Notes: generated by a model not told the origin, from the sequence alone. Shown: positions 49,951 to 63,891, numbered from the stretch's first letter. The stretch is 64,000 bases of DNA from Octopus sinensis (GCF_006345805.1 NC_042998.1:83204001-83268000); one strand, 5' to 3'. Made by a program: numbers and translations.

Positions 49951-50282
49951 ATGCTGGTTTTGATGACAGTAAACAACTGCTGACATTTAATGGAGATGGA
50001 AATTTTGGAGGTGAAAGTAGTCTGTAACATGGAAAGATGACCTGGGTTTATGTCAGCTGATGGTGTTCTAGGTGAAGGGACAGGTGTTTGAAGTAGCAAG
50101 AGATAAAAGATCCAGGCTCGGTATGACAGGAGGTGAAGTAACTGTAGACTAAAAGGTCACATATTTTTGGGTTTTTATCAAATAACATACTCTGAAACAT
50201 GCAGATTAATATCCTGTCTTTGAGACTAATTGACCTTGTGCTTAATTTGATCCTACAATTCTTAAACTGTGCCTAGAGATAG

Positions 50283-50670
50283 CTGTAGCCTGGTTGTGTA
50301 GTCAAGAAGGTTGCTTCCCAACCAGTTGGTTTTACATTCACTCCCACTGAATGGTACCTTGTGCAAGTGTCTTCTGCTACAGCTCCTGGCTGACCAAAGC
50401 CTTGTGGGTGGATTTGGTTGGCAGAAACCAAAAGAAGCTTGTTGTATATATGTATGCATGAATGTGTGTCTGTTTGTCTTGACATTGTTGGATTGTTGTA
50501 AATGAATGTCCTTCATTTCTGATATTCTGTGAAAATATGTCTGGTCATGAGAAAATGTTACTTTGCTTAGAAACATGTAAGGATATCTGGCCATAGAAAA
50601 TCTGCCTCAGTAAACTCTATCTGAACTACGCAAGCATGGAAAAATGGATATTAGAACAATGAATATGATG
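50283..50670 (+). mobile_element. SINE family B
   Basis: Head, CORE and body followed by ...tagaaaatctgcctcagtaaactc...gcatggaaaaatgga tail. Confidence 0.75.
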
Positions 50671-52054
50671 ATAATTTTTAATTGAAGCACAGTTAACAGA
50701 AGGTTGTTTTGTTAAGTAAATCCATTTACCTTTCTTGATTATTTCTCTAATATGAAAGCCAGAATCTACGAGAGAATGGATGTTAAGCCCAAGATATTTA
50801 ATCAATGGCAGCAAAAATTTTCTTTTGTTTTAAGCAGTTTTCTTTTACCTTTTAAGTTCAAAATAGGCCAATTGGAAGACAAATCCACAACTTAAGGTTG
50901 CTTTTATTCACTTTATACCAGTTTCCAGCCTTTAAATTTTGGTTACATTTAAAAGCCATCTTAATAATGAGCCTCATTTCCTTTTTTTTTTTTTTAGTAT
51001 TTTAGGAAGAAGAAACTGTTGGTGACATTTAGCAGAAATTTTTTGAATTATGAATCTTGATTTTTTTTTTTATAAATTTTAGTAACCCCTTTTGAAAGAC
51101 ATTGAGCTAAATTAATACTTAAAATATTTTCTTTTCTATTGTTTTCATGTTTCCCTTTATTGTTTTATTAAATTATCGATCAATCATCTAAAGAAAGTTC
51201 TATTATAAATTTTATATCCAAAAACGAAATACTTATCAGTAACTTTAACCAAAAGTATAAGGTGTACCATCAACTTATTAACATTTGGATAATCAAAATT
51301 TACCTTTTTATTTATCTACATTCAAATCAAGGCCAAATGTGTCACGCTTAATTTTGTATTTGTTCCTATTATATTAATATAGAGTGAATAAATTATCACA
51401 CCCCTAATTACATTTTATGTCATTAAGAACCCATTAAACAAGATCCAATATTGTATACAGCAAGATCTGTTTTCATACCATTTTATATATACTGGTTATC
51501 TTACATTGCTTACCATTCATAATTTGCATTTAACCTTATGTAAACATTTTATATCTTAACTTGTTAGATCAGTCTTCAGCAAAATATATAATATATACTG
51601 ATATATAAGTTGCAGAGGTACATAAATCTTTGTGTTTATAGTATTTCAGCTTCAGCTTTTAACCCATATATAAGTAACATGGTGCTTTTTACAACTTTGC
51701 TTGTTGCATTTAAATAAGAACAAAAAAGAAAAGATAGACAATTAGCTGAAATAATCCCAATCATTGCCAATACAGTCTAGCAAAGTTCTGCAACTATAGA
51801 CACTGTGACAATGTGTTTCTTTGGTACATGCCTAGAATTGTCAGATTAATTCATGCTTTTAAATTACCCTTACTTATTGACTGGCAATATATGCAGCATT
51901 TTTTGAGCATTGCCTTATTACAATCAGCCAATAGAAAGCTGTGCATATCTTTCATACAAGATATCTTTTACATATGTTTGTTTACTGCACTGATATTCAT
52001 ATAGGCTGAGTAATGACATGATCAACCTGCTTTATATATGCAATCAATTCCTGG

Positions 52055-52086
<32 letters not shown>

Positions 52087-53690
52087 CTTAGTGCATGCTG
52101 GGAAGTTCAAGCCCAGTACATAGTTTTATATATTCGCTTGTTGGGTAAATAACTGCAACTTATCTATGAGTATATATGGTATTGTTTCTTAAAGGTGAAT
52201 TTGCAAATTGTCCTAAATTCATCATATCTATATAATCACCCCTCTAGACACTGCCTGTACCTTTCACAGCTTTAATTTTTAGCCTGTATAGATATCTCCA
52301 GCTTCCATAAACTCTGTGGCATCTGATTGTGTTGTGAACATGTCATGAAGAGCTTGACCCTGAACCTTGCTGCCAACAATAACTAAATTGATATCTTGTT
52401 TTTTTTTTTTGCTTTAAATTCTGTTCCTTGTTCTCTAACCCATCAAAGAGATCAATGTTGAGTTCCTTATCTGACTGTAATAATATTCTTTTTCAAGCTC
52501 ACAGGTTACAAGACAATTCCTTCATGTTTGAAAGCCTTTGCAACACTAGCCAACAATAGCGGCCTCATCAAATATTCATGATTGGCATTTGGTTTACTAG
52601 CAGATTTTTTCTGAAGCAGTTAAAATGAGCAAATGTTTCTAGCCAGTCCCTTACTCTTCTAACCTAGAACAACTTAGGTTCATGATATACCAAACCTGAT
52701 CTGAAAGCACCATATTGATAGTAGTTTGAATCATACTAAGGCTGAAAATTATTAAGTTTGAAATTTCATATATATAATCTCTGCTACTCCAAGAGATTGA
52801 ACCTATTTAAAGTAAATTATACTTGTTATTTATTGCTAGTGAAAATCATGTTTTTAAACTTGTTTTTCATTTAAATTCATCTAATCTAATAAATATTTAT
52901 TCCTGGTTTTACCTTTTCTTATAAAATTTATGAATAGTTGACAATAATTCAAAACAGAAAATTAAGTGTATCACTTTGTTTCATGAACTATAACAAATTT
53001 TCATTATTGACATACTTAGACATTTTCTTTAATAAACAATGTGAATTGTTTTTCATTGCACAACATTTTTCTTTCATGTACATTGTTCTTTCATTTCAAT
53101 GCAGTAACCATAACCTGAACATGTTTTGGGTTGTTTTTTCCCTTCCACAAAACAATGTTTTGTGACATATAAACTTGCATGTGCATGATATGATTAATAA
53201 TGTTTGATATTCCCTTGTAGAACTAGTTTACTCTCCATTAAATCACCACCTTGTAGCTGAATGTTTAGTGACATCAAATAGCTTAGTAAACACTTTCAGC
53301 ATCCACAATTAATGTGTGTTTCTTACTGAACAAAACTTGCTTTCACATTTATATTGGACTGCACAAATATTATCCATGCTTTATTTTCAGTCTCTGACAA
53401 CTTTTCCAGCACTTAAACAATCAACTAATTCTATTGTAAGATTACATTGGACCTGAAACAATGGTTCAAAGAGAAGAAAACTGCATATTTTTTTTTTTTA
53501 ATGTTAACTTTGAATATAAATTGAGTCAATTTACTTTTTTGACCTTTCTTTATATAAATATTTGTCTGGATAACAGAAAATTATGTACATTTTGAAATTT
53601 CTATATGTATGCTTGTATATTGCAGTTGCTATTTTCATCATTATTTACTTCAAGTGTTGCACTATAATGATAAATATAAACTAATACATT

Positions 53691-53730
<40 letters not shown>

Positions 53731-54004
53731 TGCCAGACTGTAAACAACATTTATTTTGAAAATCCATATTTGTTTGTGTAAAAGGATATCTGGAAATAAA
53801 TCTTACATATTAAGTATATAATGCCTTATACATGACAACTTCTACATTAACAGAAATATGAAAATTTAAATAGAATTTGTAGCATCTAATTTCTTTTGTT
53901 TTGTTTATTTTTAAATAAGATATTTTAAAATCTAAAATGTTCTTAACAGATATACTTAATATTTTGACAAAGCATTCTTATTAAAATTTACTTGAAAATA
54001 GAAT

Positions 54005-54272
54005 CTGTTGCTGGTACCACTCAAAAAAAGGACTGGTGCAGGTGCCACAGAATAAGCACCCATGCTGGTATGACAAAAAAAAAAGCACTGGTGTTTGAGC
54101 CATGTAAAAAGCACCCAGTACACCCTGTAAAGTGGTTGGCATTAGGAAGAGCATTCAGCTGTAGAAACCATGCCAAAGCAGACAAGGGAACCGGGTGAAG
54201 AACCTGGTGAGGTCCCTGGCCTTGCCAGCTCCTGTCAAACCAACCAACCCATGTCAGCATGGAAAATGGATC
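54005..54272 (+). mobile_element. Short copy of the RTE 3' end
   Basis: gtggttggcattaggaagagcattcagctgtagaaacc...cccatgtcagcatggaaa. Confidence 0.8.
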
Positions 54273-56704
54273 TTGCCATCACTCCTCTCTCTTTCTTTTT
54301 CTCTCTCTCTCTCCCCCCCCCCTCTCTCTCTCTCACACACACACACACTCACATGATTCTTGTGTGATAATTGCATCAGCTGTGTGTTGTAACTGATACA
54401 TTCTATCATCACCTTTTTCTGCTGCTATTTATCACCCTTCATTCCTCAAATCACTTATTGACATCCAATGGTCTTACTACATCCATCTCTGAGACTATCC
54501 ATCACCTGCTCGTCTCTCTCTCTCTCACACACTTACATCCGCCAGTAAATTTGAAGCTGCCATCACTGCCTTTCTTCCATTACTTCTTGTACTGTTTTCT
54601 TTTTCTCTCTCCTCCATCATTTTTCTATCCTGATTGCTCAGTTTGTTCATCATACTTCATTACTTCTCTCACATTCTCATTCTAGTCCAACTCTGTCTTC
54701 ACTCTGTTGACTACATTGTTTTGAATGAGTAGAGACAACATGGAGTAATGAAGACTCTATCTTCTGTGGGATACAAAGTCACCTCAGTAGAACTGGTGCT
54801 GCCATAAAAGGCACCAAGTACACTCTGGAAACTGATTTCAAATTAGCAACAGCAACATAGGGCTGAGAGGATCCTTTACTTTACCCAAAGACATGACAAC
54901 TTCTGTAATACTCAGGACATGATAAAATGCATCTAATACACTCTGTGTCACAAACAACATCCAGCTGTAGAAACCATAGTAAAAGCAGAGTGTATGAGCA
55001 GGACACAGTCTTCCATGTTATGTATAATGGCAGTAACTTCAAAAGAATTGACTTCAACTATGACAATCTGTCCAACAAACACCTGCATGGAAAGCCAATG
55101 TAAAATGATGATAAAAATGATGAGAATGTCTTCAGTTTCTTTCCATAAGTAATATTGTTTATTTCTTGACATAACAATTAATAATAATAAATAATAACTC
55201 TCAAGATAGGATTAACAAGTGTACGACAAAAAAAAATATAAATTTTAAAGATGTCATCTCTAAGACTGCACCTTCAGTGCTACCTATGTGGACTTTACCC
55301 CATTTTAGAAATCAAAAGCTGCAAAGAAGAAAATTTTTTTTTTAAAGAATTTGTTTCGTGGTTTTCTTTGAACTTCCAACAAAATAACTGTGGAATTTCC
55401 ACTAGTACTGCTAGTGTTGATTATTCTTGTATAGCAGCATTAATTTATTGATCTTTATGACACTGATCACCTTTATAAACTAAAGGTAACTGATCCAAAA
55501 ATATCTCATGCCACTATGGCATATTGATAATACAAGACAATAATTTTATTGTCACTAATAAAACTGAAACAGTCACCCTTGGCAAGATTTGATCTGAAAG
55601 GGACTTAACTAAATTCTGAGAACATTTATTTCAGCACTCTACCTCCGGTCATACCACTAGGTGCCTATGACATTGGATTCAACATTTTAAGCTGCAGCAG
55701 TCATGGTTAAACTGTTTGATTGATGAAGCTTAATCAGACCAAAACCTGCCTAAAGATGTCACTGCACTGCTAAAGATCAGACTACTCTTCATTACATTTC
55801 AAATTCAATTAACTTTTAGTGGAGTCTCTCCTGACATTTTTCATCAATTATTATTGTCAATTAAAAATCATTGTTCTCAAACTTAAGGGTATTATTTTAA
55901 TTAGTTAAAATATACTAGTTTATCATACCAAGTATACTAGTTTTCACTTTATCATTTTAAATCAGTATTCAACTGCTTTAAACAGTAAGTTTCTTTGTAG
56001 ATAAATAGAACAATAGAATGATTTCTCAAAATAAGTGATATTTCACTATATCTTGTAGGTATTTTATAATGGTTAGAAAGATGCCCTGTTTTCTGACATT
56101 TTGATTTGATTAATATCATGCAATCATATACAGATCATTTAAATGCAGTAACTTTAGTACTATCTGTAATTCAATATATATAGTATATGTACTTGAAACA
56201 GTAGAGATCAAAATAGCAATTGTACATCATTTCTAATGTATTTTGTACTCACAAACATGGAGTAGCATTCATTGTGGGATTTTGTCTTGGAGAATTTCTC
56301 CTTAAAGAACTTCTCCTTAAATATACTGTGCTAAAAACACATGATTCAAATATCATCCGCAGACACCAATGTTTCAGTATGATTTCTTAGCTAGCTCCAT
56401 ACGACCAGGATATTATCTGTCACTGAAGAGGGGAAATTACATACAAAACACTTGTGTTAGACAGTCTGCTGACATCACTTAGAGATTGTTGCATTTTTTT
56501 AACACAAGTCTCTAACACTCTTTTCCAAGACTAAATCACATGTACTATTTTACATTTGTGTGTACATAAACGTATAATATAATCATTGATATTATTTAAT
56601 GATCCATGCTCAGCTCTGCTTGGAATTACTTATGCAATTCTGGTTCAGTGCTCATGAATATGTTATGCAATAACCTGCTTACTGTGATTTAAATGATGGA
56701 TTAA

Positions 56705-56886
56705 AAAGCACTGATGATGGTGCCACGTAAAAAAGCACCCATTACCCTCTGTAAATGGTTGGTGTTAGGAAGGGCATCCAGTTATAGAAACCAAACCAAA
56801 ACAGACTATGGAACTGGGTGCAGCTTGCCAGCTCCTGTCAAACTGTTCAACCCATGCCAGCATGGAAAACAGATGATGATGATGAT
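56705..56886 (+). mobile_element. Short copy of the RTE 3' end
   Basis: ggtgccacgtaaaaaagcaccc...catggaaaacagatgatgatgatg. Confidence 0.85.
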
Positions 56887-57503
56887 TTCCATCTAAATCT
56901 AGCAAGCTCTTTAAACGTTCAGTTCCAAGAAGATATGTACTATACACACAAGCTTTACTAACCTTTGTTTAGACACAAAGATTCCTCTTTCAAATTCAAT
57001 TAGGTTCTTTTTCATATATGTATACACACACACACATACATGTATATCCAGTAATAAGATGACTATCAGATCAAAAGATAACATAGATTAAAAATCGAAA
57101 ATATATTTCATTTTTAAAAATGAAGTTAATAACGAGAAGAAAAAGTTTTATAAACATGTAAAAAATATATTCTTTCTAAAAATATCTATTATTGAAAAGA
57201 TTTCAGATTAATATCTATATCATCTTACATTATCATATTCCTCATTTTTAGTTTTTCTCTTCTGTTTATAAAACTTAAGATTATCAAAAGCATTACTGCC
57301 TTCAGTGGTACTTATAATAACCATACTTGTCTGAGCCATCTTCAGTTTCATAATTCATATTTTTCATTCATATTCTAGAATATCAAAAATGTACAACTAT
57401 ATAATCAAAAAATATAAAATGGGTAATAAATAAATGTTTATGAATCAAAATATCCTTTCATGCTAATTTGAATTTTTCCTTCTTTTTATGCTCTTCTTAT
57501 CAG

Positions 57504-57521
57504 GATGATGCTGTTGCTAAA
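57504..57521 (+). CDS. SH3GLB1: Putative alternatively spliced 18-nt microexon of endophilin-B: DDAVAK
   Basis: Branch point-like TGCTAAT (57461-57467), pyrimidine tract with a TGC at 57489-57491, acceptor cAG and perfect GTAAGT donor. It is phase 0/0 and frame-preserving, between the 93-nt and 90-nt exons. Confidence 0.8.
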
Positions 57522-58129
57522 GTAAGTTTTAAACAATCTGACAGGCCATATGTAAATGGTGATGGTTTTCAATTGGTGTTTAATATTCTATAGTTGTTGT
57601 TTCTACCGTTGTTTATGTTGTTTAAAAGTTGTACTTTTTCTGTTATTATTATTTTTTTTTTCATTATAGTAATTTACATTTGGCTTTATCATAACTGTTT
57701 AAATTCTTAAGTTATGGGCAATTTCATGAAAATGCATGACCAATTTTCAATTACTATTCAATTTCTTTTTTTTTTTTCTTCTTTTCCTTTCGTTGATTTC
57801 TAAATTTCAAATATAAAATACTTTTGAAAATGATTAGCATTTTGCTATAAAAAGCAAAAAACAAACAAAAAAAAATCAAATGATTTCAGTAAGTAAACTA
57901 ATTAACATATTTTTGTAATTATTTATTAGGTTTGAAATGAAATTGACCCTATGAATAGCTTTCAACAACTGTAGACATTTAATTATAAATCTCCTTCATT
58001 TATCTAGTTTAGTTTGTAATTTAAATTTTCATTTACAAAATCTCTCAACCCTGAAAATTTTTACTTGGAGCCTAACTACTTAAATTTCTCATCACTATAA
58101 TCACTAATAAAATTCCCTTCATAGCATTT

Positions 58130-58290
58130 GGTGCATTCTAAGCTCAGACCCTCCTCAGGTTGACTTTACCTTTCATCCTTCCAGAATTGATATTCAAAAA
58201 TAACAATAAAATACTGGGATCATTATAATTTAACCATTCCTTCCTCCTCAAATTTCTAGCTTTGTACTTAAATTAGAAACAAATATTTTC
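58130..58290 (+). mobile_element. SINE family C, degenerate
   Basis: ggttgactttacctttcatcc motif and tail. Confidence 0.55.
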
Positions 58291-58804
58291 TTCTTTTTTT
58301 CCTTAATTAAAAAACTCAGAATTAAAAAAGAATGTCTAAACTAAAATTTTATGTTCAAGCCCAAACTAAGTAGCTTGTGATAATCCTCCATAGTTTTATA
58401 TCAACTAATCAAAATAGCATATATATGGTAAAATTCAGAGATAGTCTGTGTCAGCAAATTTTATTCTAGTATTTATGAACATTGTAATCTACAAATGAAA
58501 TCACACAAGCTTTGCATTCATTATCATTTGGTATTCACTATTATTGTCTGCATGTTCTTTTAAGTTGGGATTTTTTTTTTTTGTTTTGTTTTGTTTTTCT
58601 GCTGCAGTCATTTAAGTTGGGGTCACAGTGCTTGCTTCTCATTTTTATATTTGGTTTTGAGTCTCAGTAAAACCATTGGTGGTTGGATTTTTCTTCTTTC
58701 TATATTTCCCAATCACTATATAATCCTCTTTTGTCTAAACTTAAACAAAAACAGTGATTGGCAAAGCTATGCTTGTGAGTTTTAGTTTGTCAGCCAATGA
58801 TACA

Positions 58805-59090
58805 GGTATGGCTGTGTAGTTTAGAAATTCAGTTCATAACCATATGGTTCCAGTTTTGATTCCACTGCTTTGCACTTGTGGCGAGTATCTTCTATTATAC
58901 TCCCAGGTCAACCAAATCCTTCTGAATGATATTTAGTTGACGGAAACTGTACAGAAGCCCATCATATATATACATCTCTGAGTGTGTCTCTGCATGTTCT
59001 TACATTGACACTGTTTAGGCAGTGGTGACATTTGTTTGTCCTATAGCTTGATGGTTTGCTATGCAAATACCAATAGAATAATGCACCACT
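58805..59090 (+). mobile_element. SINE family A, degenerate
   Basis: Head ggctgtgtagtttag...ggttccagttttgattcc, and body. Confidence 0.7.
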
Positions 59091-59289
59091 CTTGGAAACT
59101 GCCCCTTCCTTTACAATACATAAGGGTTAGTATGAGTAAAGGCATCCAGCCATAGATTATTGCCAAAGGCATAAAGTAGCAATGGTGATGATACTTGGCA
59201 CCAAGGTCTGCATGTAAGGTACTTCGATAACTTGATAAAATAAAAGCTTAATCCTTTAGCACCCATATTATTGAGGGTTGAGAGTTTTA

Positions 59290-59622
59290 GATTTACCTTT
59301 TACTTGTTTCAGTCATTAGACTGTGGCCATGTTGGGGCATCACCTTGGAGAGTTTTTAGTCAAATGAATCAACCCCAGTACTTATTATTTTAATCCCAGT
59401 ATTTATTCCATCGGTCTCATTTTCCAAACTGCTTTGTTACAGGGACATAAACAAAGTGACACCAGTTGTCAAGCAGTGCTGGGGGACAAACACAGACACA
59501 AAGATACATATACACATATATATGTAGATGTACTTATATACAATGGGCTTCTTTCAGTTTCCATCTACCAAATCCACTCACAAGGCTTTGGTTGGCTCAA
59601 AGCTATAGTAGAAGACACTATT
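59290..59622 (-). mobile_element. SINE family A, head truncated
   Basis: Tail and body present, ends at gctatagtagaagacact. Confidence 0.85.
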
Positions 59623-60582
59623 CGGAACATAATTCGGATTGGTCAGCTTGAATGAATCACTTTCTTCAGAAAACAAGACTGTGTTTTGAATTATTTTTAT
59701 TTATAAATTGGTGTAGGCATTTTTTTCTCAATATTTTGAAGCTTTGTCTGTGGGAATGTGTTTTTTTTTTCGTCTTTGCACCTTTTGTATCTGCACTGAA
59801 ATACTGGTTTGCTGGTCAAGTTTCCAATTTTATTTGATGTGTTTAATTTGGTTGAATCTAAAAAAAAAATTCAGATAACTGTTTTTTTTTTTTTTGGTTT
59901 TCTAATAAAAAAGATATATAATAGTTTAATTGTAAATGCTTTGATTTCTTAAAATGACCTGTTAAATTATATAATTATCATGTCAAAGTAATTTCATATT
60001 AGCTTAAAATTATGTTTACAATTTTATCTAATGTAAATATGAAATCAAAAGTATTTAAAGAATCAATATTGGGAAATCTTTTATATTTTATATTTTCAAA
60101 CATAATTAGAATAACAATACTACAGTAGAATTTGTTTGCAATAAAGAAATAACATTTTCTTTAAATAGTGTAGCTGAATGTGGTAGAAATACATACATGT
60201 GTGTTTTTAAGACTAGAGTATATTGCAGATGGTAATTCCATAAAAAGTATATAAAAATTAATCTCCTGTATAACAGCTAATAGTGCTCTGATCAAAAATC
60301 AATCTACAAATTACATCAAGAACATTGACAGTTCTTATGGATGAATTTCAAAATGTGGTGGCAGAAAATATCGTATTTTTATATTGTGTTACTTGAATTT
60401 TGTGATTATATTGTTGTGCTAATTTTTTTTAGTTCTTCAATTTTTTTATTTTCATGGAATAGCTGATATGTAAAAATATGTTTTTGCGCACTGACTCAGT
60501 TTTTGTTTTATTTTTATTTTTCACAATAAATGTGTTTGTTTCATTACTAATAGTGACCTTTTATTTTGTATAATTTTTGCAG

Positions 60583-60672
60583 GCAGAAGCTGATTTGAGA
60601 GTAGCTCAATCTGAATTTGATCGCCAGGTTGAAATTACCAAGCTGTTACTAGAGGGAATTAGCAGTACACAT
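60583..60672 (+). CDS. SH3GLB1: Endophilin-B coding exon, 90 nt, phase 0 to 0: AEADLRVAQSEFDRQVEITKLLLEGISSTH
   Basis: Acceptor taatttttgcAG and donor GTATGT. Near-identical to endophilin-B SEQELRITQSEFDRQAEITRLLLEGISSTH. Confidence 0.97.
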
Positions 60673-62619
60673 GTATGTACCACCTGTTCTTTACTTGTTA
60701 CTTTTCATATAGAGCAGAATTTTGAGATTTTTCTTCTCATCATTATATCATTATCTCCCCCTCTTTTCTATTTATTTAGAATTATTGAGAATTATTATTA
60801 ACCACATATAGTGAGGTGTGCAGTTGGGAGCAGGGTCTTTTGTTTCCATAGTAATTTCTGATCATTAGTAAATTTTTCCAAGTTAATATTAAACACATGT
60901 ATATATGTTTTTAGTTTAGATCACTTACACACATGCATGTTTCTTAATTCTATAGAAGCCAACACATTGCATTGTTTTCTCTATTTTGTATGAAATCTGA
61001 AAATTATTCACATAAGCTCAATTTGAATAACTCAAAATAATGAATGTTTTGAAACATATGCTATTTATAGTGTTCAATAATCGTTATAGCTCTGAGCAGT
61101 AGTTGAGGTTTTCTCATAATTTACCCTCACCACCACACACCAACAAAAAACGATTTCCTTTTTCTTCCTGTGAATCATTAAAAAATCTATATTTTTAATG
61201 AGAAATTTCAATAAAAATATTTTAAAATATTCTACCAGGGGAAGTTTACTACTTTGAAGAATATATAAAACATTTTGACTGTTTTTAATATAATTTCTAA
61301 ATTGCTTATGATTCTAAAGATCACATACTTTATGTTTAAATATTAAGAAGGAAATTATTATTTTGAAATGGATATTATTTACATATCAAAATAAATTTGA
61401 AGAAAAATCAAAGGATTATGTTAGGATTATTTTTGTGACATTGGCAAACGATTACAGCATTATTTCTAAATATTATGATGTATGAAAATGTGTTATTAAA
61501 ATATGTTGGTACTTAAATACATATCAATTTGTTAAATAAAGTCCGGTTGTGTGAATTTAATATCTAATTAGAAAGCATTTTCAAAGTCCTTTTGTGATTT
61601 GAAATTATATTAAATAGTTTATAATTGGCATTTTAAATGGATAATATCTTGCCTGTATAATCTAGTTTCCAGTTATTTCAAATATCCAATTAAAAGATTC
61701 ATTGCTTTATTTTTCTTTGAGAAACAAAGTCTGAAAAAGTTGTTTCTTTAACATTGTTTTTTAAAAACTTTGTTTATCTCAAAAATTACATGATAATTTA
61801 GAGAAGTTAATTTAATTTACTCAATTTACATGCATTTACTTTAGAGAGTTACCTCATTCAGTATTTTTTCCAAACTCTACAAGTTTGTAATCTCATAAAG
61901 AGGGTTTTAGTAATTATTATTTTAGTAATACACACACCTCTTATAGTGCTTTATGTTGCATGACCAGCCTGGCCGAATAGATGTTATTTTGCTTCAGAAA
62001 TACAGTTTCACAAGATCAGTTGAGGCTGTTGTGACAAATATTCTTTTACTACTCAATTATTTTTTTTTTTTTTAAGATCTTATGTCTTGTCTCTGAATTA
62101 ACACTTACAGATCATATCAGTTTCTGCTGAATTCATTTTTCTCTGTGTATACATTTATTCATTTTTCCCTCAGATTCACACAATTTACATTTCGCTGTAA
62201 CTGTGGATTGCAATTTTTGTCACATTATAGTAGCTGCCAATATTAATTTTAAGACACACTTACCTAGCAGCTCTTCACTCCATACTTGTCAAGCTCAGTG
62301 TTAACTAAAATTTATATGCATAGGTTTCTTCACAAGTCTCTTCTAAGCTTCAAACAAATTGTACAAGACATATATATTGAATAAGTAACAATAGGCAGTA
62401 CTTTCTTTTCAAGTGCAGTAGCATTTAACTTACAATTTTATTTCATGATTTAACTCTTTTATATGTATATATGTATATGTATATACGTATATATGTAAGT
62501 GCATATGTATATGTATATATGTAAGTATATATGTATATGTATATATGTATGTATATGTATGAATGTATATGTATATATGTATGTGCATATGTGTATATGC
62601 ATATGTGTATATGCATATG

Positions 62620-62884
62620 TGTATATACACAAGCGATGTTGGAGGGACAAACACAGACACACAAACATATACACACACATACATATATATATATATATAC
62701 ACACACATACACTCATATATACGACGGGCTTCTTTCAGTTTCCGTCTACCAAATCTACTCACAAAGCTTTGGTCGGCCCGAGGCTATAGTAGAAGGCACT
62801 TGCCCAAGGTGCCACGCAGTGGGACTGATCCCGGACCCATGTAGCTCGTAAGCAAGCAACTTACCATACAGCCACTCCTACGCC
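62620..62884 (-). mobile_element. SINE family A head and body inside TA arrays, young
   Basis: CpG-rich head ...gccactcctacgcc. The tail is missing. Confidence 0.88.
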
Positions 62885-63271
62885 TATGTATGTATATGTG
62901 TATGTATATATATGTATATGTGTATATGTATATATGTATATGTGTATATGTATATGTGTATATGTATATGTATACATGTATATGTATACATGTATATGTA
63001 TACATGTATATGTATGTATATGTATGTATATATATATGTATATGTATGTATATGTATGTATATATATATGTATATGTATGTATATGTATGTATATATATA
63101 TGTATATGTATGTATATGTATGTATATATTATGTATATGTATGTTATGTATGTATATGTATGTATATGTATGTATATATGTATGTATATATATATGTATA
63201 CGTATATATATGTATATATATATAATGTATATATTATATGTATATATATATATGTATATATATATTATATG

Positions 63272-63334
<63 letters not shown>

Positions 63335-63492
63335 GTATATATATATATGTATATGTATATATATGTATATATATATATGTATATATGTATATGTATATAT
63401 ATGTATATATATATATTATGTATATATATATATATGTATATATTATATATGTATATTATAATATATATATGTATAATATATATATGTATATA

Positions 63493-63525
<33 letters not shown>

Positions 63526-63814
63526 GTATATGTATATGTGTATATGTGTATATATAATATGTATAGTATATGTATATATATGTATATGTATATGTATAGT
63601 ATATATATTGTATATATATATATGTATATAATATATGTATATATATATATATATGTGTATATATATATGTATATATATATATATATATGTATATGTATAT
63701 TGTATATGTATATATATATGTATATTATATATATAGTATATGATATATATATATGTATATATATATATTATATGATATATATATATATGTATATATATAT
63801 ATGTATAATATATG

Positions 63815-63847
<33 letters not shown>

Positions 63848-63860
63848 GTATATATATATG

Positions 63861-63891
<31 letters not shown>

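Noticed and set aside
55718-55750. ttgatgaagcttaatcagaccaaaac resembling a decayed hammerhead
   Set aside because: Needs several substitutions in core and stems and has no stem I. Compatible with chance.
55966-55984. 19-nt AG...GTAAGT exon-like segment
   Set aside because: Not frame-preserving and only a modest pyrimidine tract.
62174-62200. Strong acceptor ttttccctcAG as the next endophilin exon
   Set aside because: Reads IHTIYISL* with no similarity to the expected xHLRCLxDFVEAQ exon, which must lie beyond the window.
62430-63631. Long ORFs up to 239 aa (MYVYIC...)
   Set aside because: Translations of TA/TATG repeats, which lack stop codons by composition.
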